From positions 18,166,001 through 18,230,000 of the forward strand of contig CM069167.1 of NCBI GenBank assembly GCA_035221665.1: 64,000 bases of DNA, given 5' to 3'. The notes beneath the pieces are model-generated. The model was not told where the DNA came from. It ran no database searches and worked only from the letters and a program-made list of their open reading frames with translations. The stretch comes from Okamejei kenojei (Eukaryota). Of the stretch, positions 25,518 to 38,563 are shown piece after piece (position 1 is the stretch's first letter; each line of letters opens with the position of its first letter). Both the position numbers and the translations under genes were made by a program.

Positions 25518-27284
25518 AGCATATAACCATATAACCATATAACAATTACAGCACGGAAACAGGCCCTCTCGGCCCTTCCAGTCCGTGCCGACCATTTGTT
25601 TTCCCCTAATCCCATCTACCTGCACTCAGACCATACCCCTCCATTCCCTTCACGTCCATATACCTATCCACTTTACTCTTAAATGTTAAAAAATCGATCC
25701 TGCCTCCACCACTTCTGCTGGAAGCTGATTCCACACAGCCACCACCCTCTGAGTAAAGAAGTTCCCCCTCACGTTACCCCGAAAACCTCTGACCCTGAAT
25801 TCTCATGTCATGCCCTCTTGTTTGAATCTTCCTACCTCAATGGGAAAGACGTATCCACGTCAACTCTGTCTATCCCTTTCATCATTTTAAAGACCTCAAT
25901 CAAGTCCCCCCCCCCTTAACCTTCTGCGCTCCAAAGAATATAACGACCTAACTTGTTCAAAACCTTTCTCTGTAACCATAGTTGCTGGAACCCTGGCAAT
26001 AAACATTCTAGTAAATCTCCTCTGTACTCTCTCTCTATTTTGTTGACATCCTTCCTAATAACTAGGAGGCGAACCAAAATTGTACACCATACTCCAGAAT
26101 TGGTCTTACCAATGCCTTGTCATACAATTTAACTATTACTATCCCTACTCCTATATTCAATAGCTCTGATTTATATAGCCAGCACACCAAAGGCTTTCTT
26201 TAACCACCTACCTACATGCGATTCCACCTTCAGCGGAACTATGCACAGTTTATTCCTAGATCCCTCTGTTCCACAAGCATTCCTCAATTCCCAACCATTT
26301 ACCATGTACGTCCTATTTTGATTTGTCCTGCCAAGATGTAGGCACTTCACCACTTATCAGCATTAAACTCCATCTGCCATCTTCAGCCCACTTTTTCCAA
26401 ATGGCCCAAATCTCTTTGTAGTCTTTGAAAATCTACTTCATTATCCACAACACCACCTATTGTAGTATCATCTGCATACTTACTTATCCAATTTTCCACC
26501 CCAACATCCAGATCATTGATGTACATGACAAACAACAGTGGACCAACACGACAGATCCTGAGGCACCCCACTGGTTCACCTCGGCTTCCAACCTGACAAA
26601 CAGCCATCCACCATTACTCTCTGACATCTCCCATTCAGCCACTGTTGAATCCATCTTGCTACTACCGCCATTAACACACCCAAAGATTGAACCTTCTTAA
26701 CCAAACCTCCATGGGGAAACCCCCCCCCGCCCTTGTCAAGGCCTTACTGAAATCCATATAGACAACATCCACTGCTTTAACCCTCATCAATTTCCCTAGT
26801 TTACCGCTTCAAAAAATTCAAGAAGGCTTTGTCAAACATGACCTTCCAGGCACAAATCCACGTTGACTGTTCCTTATCAGAACCCTGTTTTATCCAGATG
26901 CTTATAAGATTATCCCTAATATCCTTTCCATTAATTTGCCCCACCACTGACGTCAAACTAATAGGTCTATAATTGCAGGTTTATTCTTTGAAACCCTTTT
27001 TAAACAATGGAACAACATGCGCAGTACGCCCAATCCTCCGGCACTATTCCCGTTTTCTAATGACAATTGAAATATTTCTGTCATAGCTCCTGCTATTTCT
27101 ACACTAACTTCCCTCAATGTCCTAGGGAATATCCTGTCAGGAGACCTGGAGACTTATCCACTTTATATTTTTTCAAATGTGTCAGTACTTTCCTCCTCTT
27201 TGAATCTCATAGTTTCCATAGCTACACTTTTTTCTTCCCCTTAACTCACACCGAGTTTCAATATCCTTCTCCTTGGTGAATACC
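25518..27284 (-). mobile_element. CR1 LINE inserted in the Keno ORF2 endonuclease
   Basis: KYADDT RT motif; (GGTTATAT)n tail; ATGTA duplication at 25513-25517 and 27285-27289; Keno coding sequence (VDVMYRGSPL) resumes after it. Confidence 0.9.
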
Positions 27285-29679
27285 ATGTACCCGTGGCTCT
27301 CCCGCTCTCGCTGATAAATGTTATGCCTCACCCACGCAGAGCGAACGCTGGCCATTCTCCAGCAGCTCCCAGTGCTGCTGGCCACGTCCCGGCAGCTCGT
27401 TCTGGCCGTGACTTCAACTGCATCATTGAATGCGGCTGGACGATCCGGCAAGTGCCGACAGCGACTGGACCGCACGTCCAAAGTTCCCTGATGGCATGGT
27501 AAAAGACGCAAAGCTGCGCGACGCCTTCATCGACCCTGCAGGCGGGTCCCAGCCGCGTTCATCTGGTCCGAGATCGACGGTTTAGCTCGATCTCGGATAG
27601 ACTTCGTCTTCATGTGAAGGCTGTCACGGTGAGAGACACCGACCTCACGCCAGTGTTCTTCTCCGACCACTGCCTCCTTCAGGCTATCCTGTCACCCTAC
27701 AGGAGGAACCGGAAGGCAGGCAGAGGGACGAGGAAGTTAAACGTGAAGCTGTTGACCCCAGAGAATGTCGAGGAACTAAAGAGGGACTACACATGTTGGA
27801 GAACGGGTGAGGCCCCTCTTGATTCCCCCCCCACACTCTGGTGGGAAGCAACCAAGGAGAACATTAAGAGGTTCTTCATAATTAAAGGGTTCAGAGAGCA
27901 AGACAGAGCCAGAGGGAATTGTGCCAACTCCAGACAGATTTGCAACAACTGCTCCTTCTGCAGTCGAGCGGGGTGGATGTGAGGGAGGAACTTAGAGAGT
28001 TGAAGGACCGGCAAGCTCAGCTCTTCACCTCTGAATCTCTCCAAGATCATCTTCCGATCCAGAGTCCGCCATGTGGAGCAGGATGAGACTGCTCACGTTT
28101 CTTCTCCATGAGGTGCACAGGGGGAGCTCTGTGATGAACAGCCTTGGGGAGGAGACTGGCACTGTAGCATCCTCACAGAACAGACAGCTGAGGATCTGCA
28201 AATCCTTTTACACAGATTTATGTATGACCAAAAGACCACAGACAGTACCTCCTCCCAGAAGTTCCTGTCCTCGATCACAGGAGGTCTTGGAGGACAGCTA
28301 GCGGGAGAGTCTGGACCACCACTGACCGTAGAGGAGCGACTGGCTCCATCCGTTCCTTTGACTCGAGTAAAACTCCCGGAAGCGATTGTCTTACCGGCCG
28401 AGTTGTATTTGGCTCTGTGGGACTGGATGGGCCCCTGACCTGCCAGAAGTGTACAACGACATGCTTCTAGCTGGTAGCATGTCAAGACTCCATAAGAAGG
28501 GCAACATCACCCTAATCTAGCAGAAGGGGAGATGAAGGACAATCATAAAGAATTGGAGACCCATAACACTCCTTGAAGTAGACTACAAGATCCTGTCTAA
28601 GGCCATCGCCAACCGGTCAAGTCTGCTCTGGGACAGGTGATCCACCCGGACCAAACCTGTGCTTTACCTGGCAGGAAAATCTCGGACAGCCTAGCGCTGC
28701 TGAGAGATACATCGCCTACTTGCAGGACAGAAGGTGGATGCCTGCCTATTCAGCTTGGACCAGAGAAGGCCTTCAACAGTATTTCGCACACAGTACATGA
28801 GGGACGTGCTCTCCAAAATGGGTTTTGGGGATGAATCAGGAATTGGATCAAACTGCTCTACACCAACATCCGTAGTGCCAGTCCAAATCAATGGGTGGGA
28901 ATCAGACAGTTTCCCTGTGGTCTGGAGTCAGGCAGGGTTGCCCTCTCTCTCTCCTGTCTTGTTTGTCTGCTGTAATTGAACCCTTGCCGAATCCATCAGG
29001 AGTAAGGATGCGAGCACAAGAGGAGTGACATTGCCAGGCAGTGGGGGCATTCAAAGTAAAAACCCTCCCTGTACATGGACAATGTCGCTATCTTCTGCTC
29101 GGATCCAGGGTCGGTCCGCATACTGATTATGTAGTTTGTGCGATCAGTTGAGTCCCGCCACGGGAGCCGGGTTGAATCGCGGAGGAGAGAGGCCCCCCAA
29201 AGATCTCCGTCCCCTTCACCTCAAGCCTGACATGAAGGTGCTTGGGGGAACTGGTTCGGGGGGGCTGAGGCGTGTAACAAGAATTGCTGGAGCTGATAGC
29301 CAGGGTGGGGAGGAAGCTGGAGCTGTGGAGGCAACGCTCACTCATCCATAACGGGAAAGAATATTTTGTCATCAGGTGAGAGGTGCCCTCGGGGCTGCTG
29401 TACTTGGCACAAGTTGGCATCTTCTCCCTCCCTCCTATGCCACAGGGATCACACGGGCTGTCTTTCAGTTAATCTGGGGGTCGATGAAAGACCGGGTGCA
29501 ACGGGCCACAATGTACAAGTCAACAGACAGCGGGGGTAAAAGCGTGCCCAACGTCGCCCTCACCCTGATGGCCACCTTCGTGTGTGGCTGCATCAGACGG
29601 AGTGTAGAGCCAAGGCACGTGGGCACCAAGTGTCACTACCTGCTGAGGTTCTACCTGTCCCCGGTGTTGCGAAGTATGG

Positions 29680-29761
29680 ATGATCAGCCATGATCATATT
29701 GAATGGCGGTGCAGGCTCGAAGGGCTGAATGGCCTACTCCTGCACCTAATTTCTATGTTTC
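29680..29761 (+). mobile_element. Ultra-truncated CR1 3' tail inserted in Keno ORF2
   Basis: gatcagccatgatcatattgaatggcggtgc...ttctatgtttctatg flanked by TATGG. Confidence 0.8.
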
Positions 29762-30567
29762 TATGGGCCTGGCGCAGATGCCACGCAATGTGCCAGCCAC
29801 CTGTGGTCTGTGGAAATGGTTCCTTCCGGACCAACCCTTTGGACCACATGTCCATTGGGCAGTGGACAGCACATGTGAAGTTCCTGCACCGTCGGAACCT
29901 CACTGCCAGCGCACGCTGCCCTCGGAGGGCTGCTATGGAGAGGAGACGGTTGTCCACTCCTTTTGCAGAGTGTTGGATTTGCTAAAAGAGTCTGGAGGGT
30001 CCCCCTGGTACCCGTTTATCCCGAACAACAGCTCCGTCACAGAGGACCTCTGTGATTTACGGACTGTTCCCATGTACAACTTCAGATACTGACATTCGAG
30101 TGCTGCTGGAGGGTCTCAACCGGTGAAAGACGCCCTTTGGTCTGCCGAGTCATTGTTTTTCAACGTCACCCAGCAGAGCGAGATGTCCGTCAGGGAATGT
30201 TGCCGACTGCTCGCTGCAGAATGCAGGAGTACGTGCTGATGGACGCACTGAAGCTCGGTGCAGCCAACGCCAAGGCTCGGTGGTGGGAGGGCCACAGTCT
30301 CATAGGGTCCTTCCGCTGCTGGACATGGGGGGGTACGGTATGGTGGAGACGCCCTCAAAATAAGGGTAAGGTATCCCACGCCAGTGTGCCACATGAGGGG
30401 CACGGGTGGGGGGACCAACATTTGTGAAATTTGGGGAAAAGAAATGTATAACTGTATTGAACAATTTGTATAGCCTCCAAAAATGTCGGATGGATTTTCC
30501 GCAAGTATTAACATTAATTGTATTATTTATCATTTGAATAAAGTCTATTTTGAAATTTTAAAAAAAG

Positions 30568-31920
30568 TCCATGATGTTTTCTAGAGCCACTTCCTTAAGT
30601 ACCCTGGGATGCAGACCATCATGCCCTTGGAGATTATCAGCCTTCAGTCCCATCAGTTTATTCAACACCATTTCCTGCCGGATGTGAATTTCCGTCATTC
30701 CTCCTCCGTTACGCTAGATCGGGACGTGGGAACCTTTTTACGTTGGAATGTTGCATTAAGTTAGCTGTAATCTAATAAGGCCGCCATCCAAGAAACTTCA
30801 ATTAGAATAACATTCAAATGTATATAAACATTATTTGGTAAAATCTACCTACCTACCTACTAACTTCAAAAAGTGAAAAAAAGTTTGTTCATTCTAAAAG
30901 TTTAAACTGTCAATGACTTTGTTTGTGACTGCTTTCTAGAGTCTTGAGTCGCATTAGAACTAAATCATGAGCATAACGGGTGTTAAAATAGCCCTCATGA
31001 CTTACTAAACGTTTTAAATTGTGGCCGTCAGTCGGGAGGATTTTGTTGAATCTTACTTTTATTCTTGGTATTTTAAATACGTTCATTTAAGATAAAAATC
31101 ATAAAAGATGAATAAAAAACATTAATAAAAATAAAAGGATTTGTTCTCAAACAAAATTTGGATTCATTCGAAAAGGCCGCACTTAATGGCCTAGAAGGCC
31201 GCATAACGGCTTTAAGGCCGCAGTTCCCCATCCCTGCCCTAGATCCTCTAGCCACTAGTACATCGGGAGATTGTTTGTGTCCTCCTTGAGTGAAGATGGA
31301 TCCAAAGTACCTGTTCAACTCGTCTACCATTTCCTTGTTCCCCCATAATAAATTCACCTGTTTCAGTCTTCAAGGGTCCAACTTTGTCTTTAACTAATGT
31401 ATTTCCGCTTCACAATCCTAAACAAGCTTTTACTATCCTCCCTTTATATTCTTGGCGAGCTTTACCTTCGTTACCTCATACTTTTCTCCCCGTAATTGCC
31501 TTTTTAGTTATCTTCTGTTGCTCTTTAAACGTTCTCAATCCGCTGGCTTCCCGCTCATCTTTGCTATGTTATACTTCTCTTTATTTTTATTACGTGCCCT
31601 GACATACCCTTGTCAGCCACAGTTCGCCCCTTACTCCCCTTGGAATCTTTCTTCCTCTTTGGAAATAACTGATCCTGAACCTTCTGTATTATTTCCCAGA
31701 AATACCTGTCATTGTTGTCCCTGCTGGGTATCTTTCCAGTCAACTTTGGCCCCAGCTCCTCCCTCATGGCTCTTGGCATAATCCCCTTTGTTCAATTGTA
31801 ATACTGATACTTCTGATTTTTCCCTTCTCCCTCTCAAATTGTAAGATTAAAACTTATATATTTATGGTCACTACCTATGTTCCTTTACCTCGAATTTCCT
31901 TATCAAATCCAGTTCATTAT
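30568..31920 (-). mobile_element. CR1 ORF2 internal fragment, split by a hAT MITE
   Basis: NKEMVDELNRYFGSIFT; gccacttccttaagtaccctgggatg motif. Confidence 0.8.
30720..31236. mobile_element. Non-autonomous hAT (Charlie-like) DNA transposon
   Basis: Ends cgggacgtgggaac / gttccccatccctg; 8-bp TSD cgctagat / ccctagat centred on TAG; aaggccgc subterminal repeats. Confidence 0.75.
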
Positions 31921-32677
31921 ACAGTGCGAAACAGGCCAGCACCAACCTACGATCCCCCCGCATACCTAATAACTATCCTACACACTCACAAGGGGCAATT
32001 AAAAACATTTATACCAAGCCAATCAGCCTCCAACCCTGTACATCTTTAGAGAGTGGGAGGAAACCGGAACGTCCTCCCGGAGTAAACTCACGAAGGTCAC
32101 AGAGAGAATAAATACAAACTCCACATCGTCAGAAACCATTAGAATACCCGAGAATAATTCACATATCACTGTACCTTAATTGGTAAACATGAATAAAAGA
32201 CCTCCGAAACCTTTGAACCACGGGCGTGAAAATTCTACATTTCTCCCCAAAATACACGAAACACACCTGGACAGAACCTGGGAAATACGTTCAGGAAGGC
32301 CTATTGTGTGTGACTGTGGCAGTGAACCTATCGGGTAGCAGAATACATCGATTTTCTTCTTAATCCACTGGCACTGCAGATCCTCTACTTCAGACCACAT
32401 CACATTCCGACTGTGCCACCTGATGTTGTACACTTACATGGACATCGAAGGCCCGTCCACAAACAGAACAGGCAGGAACATACAACAGTTAAACATATCT
32501 CAGAGAAAAATGCTGACCCTGACAGACTAGGCGAGGCTTTGGTCTAGAAGTGGCCCGGGCAATCAATGTCTTTTCACCAAGAACTGGATGACATTTGGGA
32601 ATGTCACATTCAGAAACAGAGTCAGAGGAATTCATTCACATCTTTCACACACACCACCAAGGTTAAACACCACAAAC

Positions 32678-33892
32678 AAGTCAGTGGTGGGCAAATTAAT
32701 GGAAAGGATACTTAGAGATAATATATATAAGCATCTGGATAAACAGGGTCTGATCAGGAACAGTCAACATGGATTTGTGCCTGGAAGGTCATGTTTGACA
32801 AACCTTCTTGAATTTTTTGAAGCGGTAACTAGGGAAATTGATGAGGGTAAAGCAGTGGATGTTGTCTATATGGATTTCAGTAAGGCCTTTGACAAGGTTC
32901 CCCATGGAAGGTTGGTTAAGAAGGTTCAATCTTTGGGTGTTAATGGCGGAGTAGCAAGATTGATTCAAACAGTGGCTGAATGGGAGAATATCAGAGAGTA
33001 ATGGGTGATGGCCTGTTTGTCAGGTTGGAAAGCCGGTGACCATGGGGCCTCAGGGATCCTGTGTTTGGGTCCACTGTTTGTTTGTCATGTACATCAATGA
33101 TCTGGATGATGGGTGGAAAATTGGGATAAGTAAGTATGCAGATGATACTAAGATAGGTGGTGTTGTGGATAATGAAGTAGATTTTCAAAGTCTACAGAGA
33201 GATTTGGGCCATTTGGAAAAGTGGGCTGGAAGATGGCAGATGGAAGTTTAATGCTGATAAGTGTGAAAATGCTACATCTTGGCAGGACAAATCAAATAGG
33301 ACGTACATGGGTAAATGGTAGGGAATTGAGGAATGCTGTGGAACAGAGGGATCTAGGAATAACTGTGCATAGTTCCCTGAAGGTGGAATTGCATGTCATA
33401 GGGTGGTAAAGAAAGCCTTTGGTGTGCTGGCCTTTATAAATCAGAGCATTGAATTATAGGAGTAGGGAAGTAATGCTTAAATAAGAAGGTTAAGGGGGAC
33501 TTGATTGGTCTTTAAAATGATGAAAGGGATAGACAGAGTTGACGTGGATACGTTTTTCCACCCATTGAGGGTAGGGAAAGTTTCAAACAAGATGGCATGA
33601 CATGAGAATTAAATGACAGAGGTTTCGGGGGTAACGTGAGGAGGAACTTCTTTACTCAGAGGGTGGTGGCTGTGTGGAATCAGCTTCCAGCAGAAGTGGT
33701 GGAGGCAGGATCGATTTTAACATTTAAGAGTAAAGTGGATAGGTATATGGACGTGAAGGGAATGGAGGGGTATGGTCTGAGTGCAGGTAGATGGGACTAG
33801 GGGAAAACAAATGGTCGGCACGGACTGGAAGGGCCGAGAGGGCCTGTTTCCGTGCTGTAATTGTTATATGGTTATATGGTTATATGGTTATA
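32678..33892 (+). mobile_element. CR1 LINE RT fragment with internal deletion
   Basis: SQHGFVPGRSCLTNLLEFFE...VDVVYMDFSKAFDKVPH, YADDTKIGG; tail ggttatat x3. Confidence 0.92.
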
Positions 33893-34896
33893 TTGACTTT
33901 CTGGACTTTCCGGACCTCTTTCCCTGATGAAACTGCAGACAAATCAAAACTGGAAGATTGTTGTTGCCCAGTCGTGGACACCACTGGATTGAATTGGCAT
34001 TAGAGAACGTGGGCACAGTGGTGTAGCTGGTCGAGCGGCTGCCCCACAGCGCCAGAGACCCGGTTTAATCCCGACCTCCAATGCTGTGTGTGGAGTTTGC
34101 ACGTTCACCCTGTGACCGCATGGGTTTTTCTCATGGACTCAGGGCTCGAAATTAACGGTTGCCTGGGTGCCAATGACCACCCAAAGTGCCGCCGGGCAAC
34201 CTAAACGCCGACTCATTTTGCCCGGCTCTTGGCAGCAAATACGGTTTATACCGATAGACACATAAAACTGGAGTATCTCCGCGGGTCAGGCAGCATCTGT
34301 GGAGAATAGGAACATAACATTTTGTGTCGACGGCGGCGGCTGTATTCCTCTAGTATCTTTGATTGCGGGGCAAAGATAGGATCGGAGCGATTGACAGGTC
34401 TCGAACAGTGGCAACAGCAGCTCCACCGTCTCCTCCTTCCGTACCCCGCCCGGCGGAAAGAGGCCTCCCACTCCCTCCCTCCCTCCCGGCCTCAGCGTGC
34501 GAGAGGGGTTGTTTTGAAAGCGCTGTTGGTGGATTTGCAGCAGTAGCTCTTGATTTGCAGGCAGCGGCGCTAATCGCCCTGATAACGTTATCGCCCCGTT
34601 AACAGCGCGGTCAAAACAACCCCTCTTGCAGTCGAGGCCGGAGGAGGGAGAGGGGGGAGAGAGGGAGGAGGGAGGGGGGGGAGAGGGGAGAGAGGAGAGA
34701 GGGAACCCAGGGAGGGAGGGGGGAGGGAGAGAGTGAGAGAGTGCGAGAGGAGGAGGGAGGGAGGGGGAGAGTGGAGAGTGAGAGATGAGAGAGAGGGGAG
34801 TGAGAGAAGAGGAGGGGAGAGAGGGAGTGAGAGAGAGAGAGAGAGGGAGGGAGGGAGGGAGGGGGAGGCCTCCTTCCGCCGACTGAGCAGCTGCAA

Positions 34897-34924
34897 CAAA
34901 GATCCTATAGCTATAGGATCTTTG
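34897..34924. repeat. 28-bp perfect palindrome with 8-bp flanking direct repeat
   Basis: agctgcaa|caaagatcctatagctataggatctttg|agctgcac. Confidence 0.85.
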
Positions 34925-35169
34925 AGCTGCACCGCTAGCCCCGCACCTTGCTGTTGGCTGGCGAGGAGATGCACACACCGCCTCCCACTTTGGCTGCGGC
35001 ACTTTGGCGTTGGATAGGGACGGCCAAGGCAGCGGGGCAATGTTGTCCAAGGAGCGCTGACCTTCCTTCCTCCTCCCCCCCCCGCTACCCTTCCCCCCCA
35101 CTCTCTCTCGCATGCCCCCTCTCCACCCCCCCTAGCTTAATCCTGGGACCCCTCTTCTCCATCCCCCAC

Positions 35170-35672
35170 TGATCCCCATTCCCTCCCTCTATTCAGTCCT
35201 CACTGACATCCCCTGTGCTCCCCCCTCACAAACCCCCAATCTATGAATCACCCAAATAAAACCCTACCCACCGTGCATTGATTCTCTGTCATCCCCCCAT
35301 CCATCCAACACTGACCCCCCCACCCATCCATCCATCGCACTGATAAACCATTCTACCATTTGATCCCGTACTGACCCCACCTTCCATTTACCCTGCGCAC
35401 TAAACCCCCCCATCCCATCCTGTAGTGATCTTCCCATTCATCTTTTACTGATCTCCCATTCATCCTGTACTGAATCCCCTCATGCATCCTGTACTAATCC
35501 CTTCAAAATTCATCCCGTCCTGATCCCCACGCCTTCATCCTGTACTGATCCCCTCATTCATCCTGCAATGATCCCCCTCATTCATCTGTAATGATCCCCC
35601 ATTCCTCCTGCACTGGAGACCCACACCCCCTTTCATCCTGTACTGATCCACCCCATTCATCCTGTGCTGATC
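35170..35672. repeat. Degenerate ~20-bp minisatellite (catcctgtactgatcccccatt)
   Basis: Directly visible tandem units. Confidence 0.85.
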
Positions 35673-36578
35673 CTCGCAACCTGTAGATTTTGTATATGGC
35701 TAAATTATGTGGCGAAGTCAGAGTTTTTCTGTGCCAACAGCTATAACGGACCCATGCTATGGGCCATCAACCCAAGTCCCATGGTAATTTTCGGTCCTTC
35801 ACAGAAAAACATGCTTGCATCAATCTGTCGTGTGCATGGTCCAGGATTTATTGACACAGGTTGAACCATAATCATTTTGCTGAATAATCCAACCACATTT
35901 TTGTTTGGACGTGGAAAGAACTAATAGAAATAGCATTAAAAATTGCAATGAGGAAAAAAAGTTGACATATTGTATTATAATTTTGCTGCATGTCATTGTG
36001 GTATATATCAAGGTCTTGAATGGTGAATATGTTTAGTTTGTGAGTTATTTGAAGCAAAAATAATTAATGTTGAAATGTAGACAAAAGTGCTGGAGAAAAC
36101 TCAGCGGATGCGGCAGCACTATGGAGGAAAGAAATAGGCAACGTTTCGGGCTGGGGGGGGGGGGGGGGGGGGGGGCGAAAACCCTTCCTTCAGACTGATG
36201 GGTTTCGGCCCTGAAACATTGCCTATTTCCTTCGCTCCATAGATGCTGCTGCACCCAGCTGAGTTTCTCCAGCACTTTTGTCTACCTTCGATTTTCCAGC
36301 ATCTGCATTTCCTCTTGAACATAATATGTGAATTGCTTCATTGAGCATAATTCTGACTTTGTCCGAGCACATTATCGCACGTGTCATGCAAACCGTCTTA
36401 AATGACCACCTAAACTGTCATTTGGCAACCTAAAAAGCTGGCAGGTCGAGGTTGCCCGGCTGGCAACAGGGGAAAAAAAGTTAAGCGAGTGCCCACCTGC
36501 TGGTGCTCTCGTTTTCCCAAACATTCCAAACACGTGCAGGTTTGCATGTTAATTGGCCTCTGTAAATTGCTCCCAGTG

Positions 36579-38563
36579 CAGAGATGCCAACCTTCCAGAG
36601 CACAAATCAGTAATCATAAGGCTAAAAATCAGTAATTTGGAGACAAAATCAGTAATTTTTTTTGCGCGAAGCAATTTTTTTTCTGCATGATGGCAAGCGC
36701 GGCTCCCACAGGCAAGCGATAGCGCATAATGTTAACATTAACATACCTGTATGTTCATTAGTTGGTATTACATAAACATGTATTAACTCACCATTGAAAA
36801 TGCTCTATTGAAAGACAGGATTAACGAGTTCATTATCAATATGTCTTGATAATGTTTATAACACACACACTCAACAATACATATATACGCGCACACACAC
36901 ACACACACAACACAGACACACTCCACCTCACACAGAACCCAAACTCAAATTACACATACGAATATGAGGGCAAACCAGAAACACACACAGACACACACAC
37001 ACACAACACACAGGCCACAACACACACACTCCAGTGATGGAAATGGTTTAGGAACTAAGGGTACTCTGGGTCTGTGAAGCTGAGGTTGGGAAGGAGGGGG
37101 GGGGGGGGACTCTGTCTCTGTCTGTGTGTGTGTGTTGGCTGCAGCCATCGTCTGCTTTAGTGAGGGAAGCAGGTCGGTGATTGATCAAAAGCCCCTAAGA
37201 CGACTGTCTGATTGGCTGCCAAGACCAGCGCATTATGTGATTGGACACAATGCCCTTGGAGACGGCGCTGATTGGGTTGGGAGGAGACCGATTTATTGGA
37301 TTGACGGGAATTTTAAGGGTAGCTTTGGTCCGGTGATTGGACGCAACCCACTTAGAGACAGTCGTTGATTGGCCACCAAATAATCGGGCGCGAAAAAATA
37401 AAAATAGGAAAAACAATAAAATCGAAATTACGATTTAAATCGGAAGAATATCATGCCTGATCTGCAGCAAAGATACTAATATCCGCTCTAGTATCTTTGG
37501 ATCTGCAGTTCCTTCCTATTGAACAAGAACCCTGGCCCGAAACAACTTGTAAATCCATTCTCTCCACAGATGCCGCGAAGCCCGCTGAGTTTCCTCCAGC
37601 ACTCTGTGTTTTTTATTTAACTCTTGAAATTTTAAGTTAGACATACAGCTGGAGTAACTCAACGGGACAGGCAGCGACTGGAGAGAAGACTCTTTTTCAG
37701 AATGAAACTGAACTCTCGTCGGTGAGAGTACTTGTGATTATCTGCAGAAGGATCTCGAACCAGAAAAGTCATCCACTCCCCAGAGCCGGCGCCCGTCCCA
37801 CTGAGCCACCCAGTCCCCCCCCACCCCCTCCCCCTTATAATTTCCGTACTTTTTTCGATAGCTGCCATGACCCATTTGATGTCATCCTGCACCCTGCTCC
37901 CTGGTCCCGGCCCGCGCCGATCTGCGTGTGTGTGTGTGTCGGAGTCTGCGCGGAGAAGCGCCGGCACCAAGAGTGAGTGAATGCATGGACAGACGGACGA
38001 AAGCAACCATCGTAGAGCGCAATAGGTGACATTTTGGGCAGAGACCCTTCTTCAGACTGACAATCAAGGGAAAGAAACGGGAGGCATATATTATTCCATT
38101 CGTTTGTCTTTAGTGCCATCTATATCTATTGTTCCTCTTTCCCCTGACGGTCTGAAGAAGGGTCACCAATCCGCAATGTCATCTATGATCGTTCCTTTCG
38201 CCCGTCTGTCTCCACAAAAAAAAAAAAAAAAAAAAATAAAAAAAAAACCGATTGTTCGCTCGTCCTTGGATTAAGTAGCGCAGGATAAAGCTGGGAATTC
38301 ATGCACAGGATGGAAAACTGGAACGAGGAGAACGTCGTCCCTCTGCGTACCCCCCCATATTTCCATCACTGGCACTCACACACCTCACACAATCACACTA
38401 AAACCGACACTCACACACTCCCAAACCACACACAATTATGTGCTAACTTAAATCGGCAAAAATCCGGGATTTACGATATGAAAATCGTACGCCCGTAATT
38501 GGCACCAATTTTCCGTAGAAATTACGGGAAATCGTACCAGCATATTACTAAATGGCATCTCTG
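36579..38563. mobile_element. Non-autonomous hAT5-like DNA transposon
   Basis: 11-bp TIR cagagatgcca / tggcatctctg; 5-bp TSD cagtg; aaatcagtaat x3 and cgta/tacg subterminal repeats. Confidence 0.8.
37468..37499. repeat. 32-bp mini inverted-repeat element with 9-bp flanking direct repeat
   Basis: gatctgcag|caaagatacta-atatccgctc-tagtatctttg|gatctgcag. Confidence 0.85.

Larger units (their letters stand above)
23503..30567 (+). mobile_element. Near full-length, decayed Tx1-clade (Keno-like, U2-specific) non-LTR retrotransposon
   Basis: ORF1 ~23668-25204 with three CCHC knuckles (CRKCNKPGHVMAQC, CKNCKMEVHETKDC, CNLCGEAGHLYRAC); ORF2 from 25216 with APE (SLNVRSI, FLQEC, SDHC), RT (WRPITLL, DQTC, YMDN) and C-terminal zinc finger; AATAAA plus A-tail at 30537-30567; U2 sequence at the 5' junction. 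Confidence 0.92.
34140..36499. mobile_element. Non-autonomous hAT-like DNA transposon with internal foldback and tandem repeats
   Basis: Left end cagggctcgaaattaac, right end gttaagcgagtgccc(acctg); ggcaac/gttgcc subterminal motifs at both ends; TSD not clean. Confidence 0.6.

Noticed and set aside
34286-35113. 275-aa Pro/Ser/Leu-rich ORF
   Set aside because: Comes from a GA-rich tract inside a non-autonomous transposon
35170-35672. Regularly spaced repeats as a possible CRISPR array
   Set aside because: Eukaryotic context, degenerate tandem units, no unique spacers and no cas genes
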